Below the pieces are notes generated by a model. It searched no databases, was not told the origin of the DNA, and saw nothing but the letters and a program-made list of their open reading frames with translations. Positions 7,566 through 10,792 of a stretch of DNA of 10,792 bases are shown piece after piece. Both the position numbers and the translations under genes were made by a program. The DNA comes from Pseudomonadota bacterium (lineage in GTDB: Bacteria > Bdellovibrionota > FAC87 > UBA2466). The DNA is taken from positions 1 to 10,792 of the forward strand of contig JAYUGC010000137.1 in NCBI GenBank assembly GCA_043767805.1, given 5' to 3'. Positions within the stretch are counted from its first letter, which is position 1; each line of letters opens with the position of its first letter.

Positions 7566-8618
7566 TTAGCAGCAGGCTCCCCCGGGGGCGGCGCCCACCG
7601 GTCGCGTGTCCGGAGCGCAATTGAAGAGCCCGAAATGCTCCGTGGTGTCGCCCACGATCTTAAAATGAGGACCGAAGCGAGTTTCGCTGAGCATGGCCGC
7701 CGTATTACTGCACACTAGCAGGGGGCGGTTCTTCTCAAAGAGATGGTGATCGTCCAGGGCGAACTGATTAGGGGAGCACGGGATGGTCCCCAGATAGTAG
7801 GCGACCTGTCCGTAATCCTCGCACTTGTCTTCGAGAGACGCGATCTTGAAGGCGCGGATCGTGAGCGAGTAAAAATCGAGGTTGCCGATCTTGGCCTTCA
7901 CTTCGGAAGAAAAAGAAGCGATGGGACTTTTGGCCATGACGCGAAAATCCAGCCAGCCGGTCTGTAGCATGAGCCGCCGGAAGTCTTCTAGATAGAGCGC
8001 GCCGCCCAGACACTCTCCGAGAAGCAAGGGATCGGTCTTCAGGGGCTCAGGCACTCGCCGGCCCGAAAACACATCGCAGAAGTAAAGCTCGCCGCCCGGT
8101 TTCAAGACGCGAAAAATCTCGGCGAACACCCGCTCTTTATTCGGAGCTAGGTTCAACACGCAATTGGAAACGACGACGTCGATGGAGCCTGACTCGATGC
8201 CCGCCGCTTCGAGTTGCTCGATGTACCCCTTTTTGAAGTGCACGTTCGGAACGTTATAGCCGTAGAGTTTGGTGTGAAAGTCGACGTATTTTTCGGCGAT
8301 GGCGAGGGATTTGTCCGTCATGTCGACGCCGATAACTTTGCCTTTCGCTCCTACCAGTTTCGACAGCACGAAGCAGTCGCGCCCCGTGCCGCACCCGAGA
8401 TCGAGCACCGTCTTTGCTTCGAGGGCCGCCGGAATCGGAGAGCCGCAGCCGTAAAAGGTCTCCTGAACTTCAGGGTGCACCGCGCGGACAATGTCTCGCA
8501 AGGACTCGGGGATGGCGTCTACCGTGCAACAAGCTCCCGTTTGGAGATCGGCCTTGGTCTGCAGCACACGGCCGTAATAGTTCTGAATGCTCTCGTGTAC
8601 TTTGGTGTCGTGGGCCAT
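7566..8618 (-). CDS. arsM: Arsenite S-adenosylmethionine methyltransferase (ArsM/AS3MT-like, long form)
   Basis: YYG..LQ...DLQTGACC (C30/31), FYGCG (C58), SAM motif VLDLGCGTGRD, GVDMT, VSNCVLNL (C153), VLKPGGELYF, GECLGGALY (C203), C-terminal GACC. All four catalytic Cys positions of AS3MT/ArsM have equivalents. Confidence 0.9.
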   Translation of the reverse strand: MAHDTKVHESIQNYYGRVLQTKADLQTGACCTVDAIPESLRDIVRAVHPEVQETFYGCGSPIPAALEAKTVLDLGCGTGRDCFVLSKLVGAKGKVIGVDMTDKSLAIAEKYVDFHTKLYGYNVPNVHFKKGYIEQLEAAGIESGSIDVVVSNCVLNLAPNKERVFAEIFRVLKPGGELYFCDVFSGRRVPEPLKTDPLLLGECLGGALYLEDFRRLMLQTGWLDFRVMAKSPIASFSSEVKAKIGNLDFYSLTIRAFKIASLEDKCEDYGQVAYYLGTIPCSPNQFALDDHHLFEKNRPLLVCSNTAAMLSETRFGPHFKIVGDTTEHFGLFNCAPDTRPVGAAPGGACC

Positions 8619-8742
8619 GTTTTCTTTTCCCCTGGTCGTCGCCGAGCTAACGTCTATAATTAGGACGATTTAAGTAGTGAACCCTATCACACGCGCGGTC
8701 TCGTCTTAGGTCAAGCGTCTCAAGAAACAGAGCGATTATGGC

Positions 8743-8965
8743 GTTTTCAATACCACCGTTTTTTTGGGTAACTTCAAAGAGATTCCGGACCTCATTCGTT
8801 TTTTTCGCCGGCACGCCGATGTCGCCGGCATGGCGTCCTTTCAGCTGCAGGCCGAGACGGGCCGTGGAGAGCTTCGCGCGAAAGACCCAGGTTCCCGCCT
8901 ACTACGAAGTGGATTTTATTTCTTACGATTGGACCGTGAATCGCTCGCCGAAAGCCCTTCGATAA
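8743..8965 (+). pseudogene. Chimeric remnant: internal radical-SAM-like fragment joined out of frame to a DUF547-like C-terminus
   Basis: 8743-8889 reads VFNTTVFLGNFKEIPDLIRFFRRHADVAGMASFQLQAETGRGELRAKDP (in-frame stop upstream at 8707, no CxxxCxxC). 8885-8965, in another frame, reads TQVPAYYEVDFISYDWTVNRSPKALR*, resembling the DUF547 end in this window (LAYSEYDWRLN). Confidence 0.5.
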
Positions 8966-9160
8966 CGCATAGGGACACCCCCTGCCTTTTCTAAAAAGGT
9001 TGAAGCTCCGGTTGGTTATCTCGTTAGAGGTGTTTCTTCTCGATAAAACGCGACGCGTCACCTCTAGCTTGGGCTCTGTTTTCTCTCCTGCTTGTTTGCA
9101 AATACCACCGAGCCCCCTTATCGTCTCGAATCGTAACTGTAATATGGGTGGGACAGGGCA

Positions 9161-9871
9161 ATGAAACTGGCCGCGATTTTGGGTGTCGGACTTTGGGTGA
9201 GCCTGGCTTTTGGGGCTCCGTCGCTCGCACAAGGGGAACCCAATCCCGCCGAAGACCTGCGCGCCGAGCTGGATAAACTTAGAACGCAGCCGGACGAAGC
9301 TGAACGCTGGGTCCAAGAAGCGCATCTCCTTTTTTATCTCGCCGAGTACTTGGACGCTCCTGAAAAACAAATGCCTCTCTACACCGAGGGACGCGATCTC
9401 GCGAAAAAAGCGCGGCAAGTCTTGCCCGAAGACCCGGGCGCCACGTTATGGTGGGCCGCGAACCACGGTGGCATCGCCCGTTTGAAAAAGAATTTTTGGG
9501 CGCTCGGCGCGCTGAAGGACATCGAGAAGGCCTTGAGCGAATTAAAGGAGCGCGATCCTCAATTTGGGTATGCGGCGGCGGCGCGCATCCTCGGCAAGAT
9601 TTACTTGGAAGCGCCCAGCTTCGTTTCCATCGGGTCCGCTTCGAAAGCAAAAGAGAACCTGCTCGACACGCTCCAGCGTTTCCCCGAGTTTCCCGGCAAC
9701 CAGATTGGGTATGCCGAATATCTCGTCGACGACGGCGAAAAGGAAAAGGCCGCGGCGGTGGTCAAGCAGCTCGGCGCGAAAGGCGCCTGGGACAAAGGTG
9801 AGTTTGGGGATTTTCGCTGGGAAAAGCGGATGTGGCGCCAGCGGTTCGATAACCTCGTTCGCAAAACGTGA
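9161..9871 (+). CDS. Exported TPR-like helical protein, TatT (TPAT T-component)-like
   Basis: Signal peptide MKLAAILGVGLWVSLAFGAPSLA; helical repeats; motif DPQFGYAAAARILGKIYLEAP...GSASKAKENL......P.F resembles TatT-family proteins. SD-like AGGG upstream. Confidence 0.7.
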   Translation: MKLAAILGVGLWVSLAFGAPSLAQGEPNPAEDLRAELDKLRTQPDEAERWVQEAHLLFYLAEYLDAPEKQMPLYTEGRDLAKKARQVLPEDPGATLWWAANHGGIARLKKNFWALGALKDIEKALSELKERDPQFGYAAAARILGKIYLEAPSFVSIGSASKAKENLLDTLQRFPEFPGNQIGYAEYLVDDGEKEKAAAVVKQLGAKGAWDKGEFGDFRWEKRMWRQRFDNLVRKT

Positions 9872-9911
9872 GCGAAGTCGGCGTGAGAGCGGGCGTAGAA
9901 AGGGGCTTGGA

Positions 9912-10792
9912 GTGAGTTGGGATTTAGTGCTGGTTGGGGGAGGGCTCGCAAACGGGCTCATCGCGTGGAAGCTCGCGGAGGCGCGGCCCGAATGGAACCT
10001 TTGCCTGGTAGAGAGCGAGCCCACGCTCGCCGGTAATCACACCTGGTCTTTTCACTCCACTGATTTGCCGGACTCGGCTTGGCAGTGGGTGAAGCCGCTG
10101 GTTTCCCAAAGCTGGTCCGATCACGAGGTGAATTTTCCGAAACGCCGGCGCAAGCTTCGCGGCGGGTATCATTCGATCCGCGCGGAAGATTTCTCGGCCC
10201 GGCTGAAAGAGCGGCTGGGAGAGGGGGTGCGCTGCGGCTCGCGCGCCATTCGACTATCGGCAACCGACGTGATCCTGGAAAGCGGAGAGCGGCTGAAAGC
10301 CCGCGCGGTCTTGGACGGACGAGGGTTTGTCGGCGCCGGTCCCCGGGCGTATCAAAAATTTCTGGGTCAGGATGTGGAGCTCTCCGCGCCGCATGGCCTC
10401 ACGCGGCCCATGCTGATGGATGCAACCGTCGAACAACGGGATGGGTTTCGCTTTTTCTACGTGCTCCCTTGGGACGAAAAAACACTACTCATCGAAGACA
10501 CTCGTTACAGTGATGGCCCTGAAGTAGACGTCGAGGAAAGCCGAAGGGAAATCGCCCGCTACGCTAGAGCGCGTGGCTGGAAGATCGCGCGCGTTTTGCG
10601 CGAGGAAGTGGGAAGCCTTCCCATTCCGCTTGCCGACGAAGCGCCGAGCCCGTGCATCGGAGCGGCCGCCGTTGGGGTGCGTGCGGGACTTTTCCATCCC
10701 ACCACCGGCTATAGTTTGCCCGAAGCGGTGCGCTTCGCGGAAGCGGTGGCGGGCATCGACTACCTATCCTCGGGCGCGGTCCAACTGCTCGC
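9912..10792 (+). CDS. crtY: Lycopene beta-cyclase (CrtY type), 3' end truncated by window end
   Basis: Manual translation from GTG 9912: MSWDLVLVGGGLANGLIAWKL...GNHTWSFH..D...GYHSI...VLDGRG...YQKFLGQ...PHGLTRPMLMDATVEQRDGFRFFYVLP...LLIEDTRYSD...REEVGSLPI...GVRAGLFHPTTGYSLP. These are hallmark CrtY motifs; SD AGGGG lies 6 nt upstream. Confidence 0.96.
   Translation, partial: MSWDLVLVGGGLANGLIAWKLAEARPEWNLCLVESEPTLAGNHTWSFHSTDLPDSAWQWVKPLVSQSWSDHEVNFPKRRRKLRGGYHSIRAEDFSARLKERLGEGVRCGSRAIRLSATDVILESGERLKARAVLDGRGFVGAGPRAYQKFLGQDVELSAPHGLTRPMLMDATVEQRDGFRFFYVLPWDEKTLLIEDTRYSDGPEVDVEESRREIARYARARGWKIARVLREEVGSLPIPLADEAPSPCIGAAAVGVRAGLFHPTTGYSLPEAVRFAEAVAGIDYLSSGAVQLL

Noticed and set aside
7566..7580. 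Selenocysteine read-through in ArsM
   Set aside because: Terminal codons are TGC TGC TAA and there is no in-frame TGA.
9025..9066. Lysine riboswitch (AGAGGUG-like start)
   Set aside because: Far too short, the motif is paired in a simple stem, and no lysine-related gene is adjacent.
9000..9164. 54-codon TTG ORF ending in an ATGA overlap with the TPR gene
   Set aside because: No properly spaced SD and no protein-like features; likely chance.
8792..9418. 208-aa minus-strand ORF
   Set aside because: Antisense to the TPR gene and the remnant; no recognisable family.
1..10792. CRISPR arrays, tRNA/rRNA, IS elements, phage or defence genes
   Set aside because: No repeat-spacer periodicity, cloverleaf, or transposase/integrase motifs seen; nearly all sequence is explained by CDSs.

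Overview
GC-rich bacterial chromosomal window with 11 supported protein-coding genes (two cut by the window edges); no RNA genes, mobile elements or CRISPR were seen. Order: M20 peptidase (-, partial, missing from the ORF track); folD (+); coaE (-) and a GT-C-like membrane protein (-); a signal-peptide-bearing SAM hydroxide adenosyltransferase (DUF62) (+) coupled to an M42/M20-like metallohydrolase (+); DUF547 protein (+); DUF3047-like protein (-) and ArsM/AS3MT-type arsenite methyltransferase (-); a degenerate remnant; an exported TatT-like TPR protein (+); lycopene beta-cyclase crtY (+, partial, missing from the ORF track). Highlights: (1) an ArsM/DUF547/DUF3047 set lacking ArsS but next to a SAM adenosyltransferase; (2) a probable radical-SAM/DUF547 chimeric deletion scar; (3) a TatT-like protein leading a carotenoid operon; (4) several probable leaderless promoters. 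Family calls come from motif recognition by eye, not database searches.
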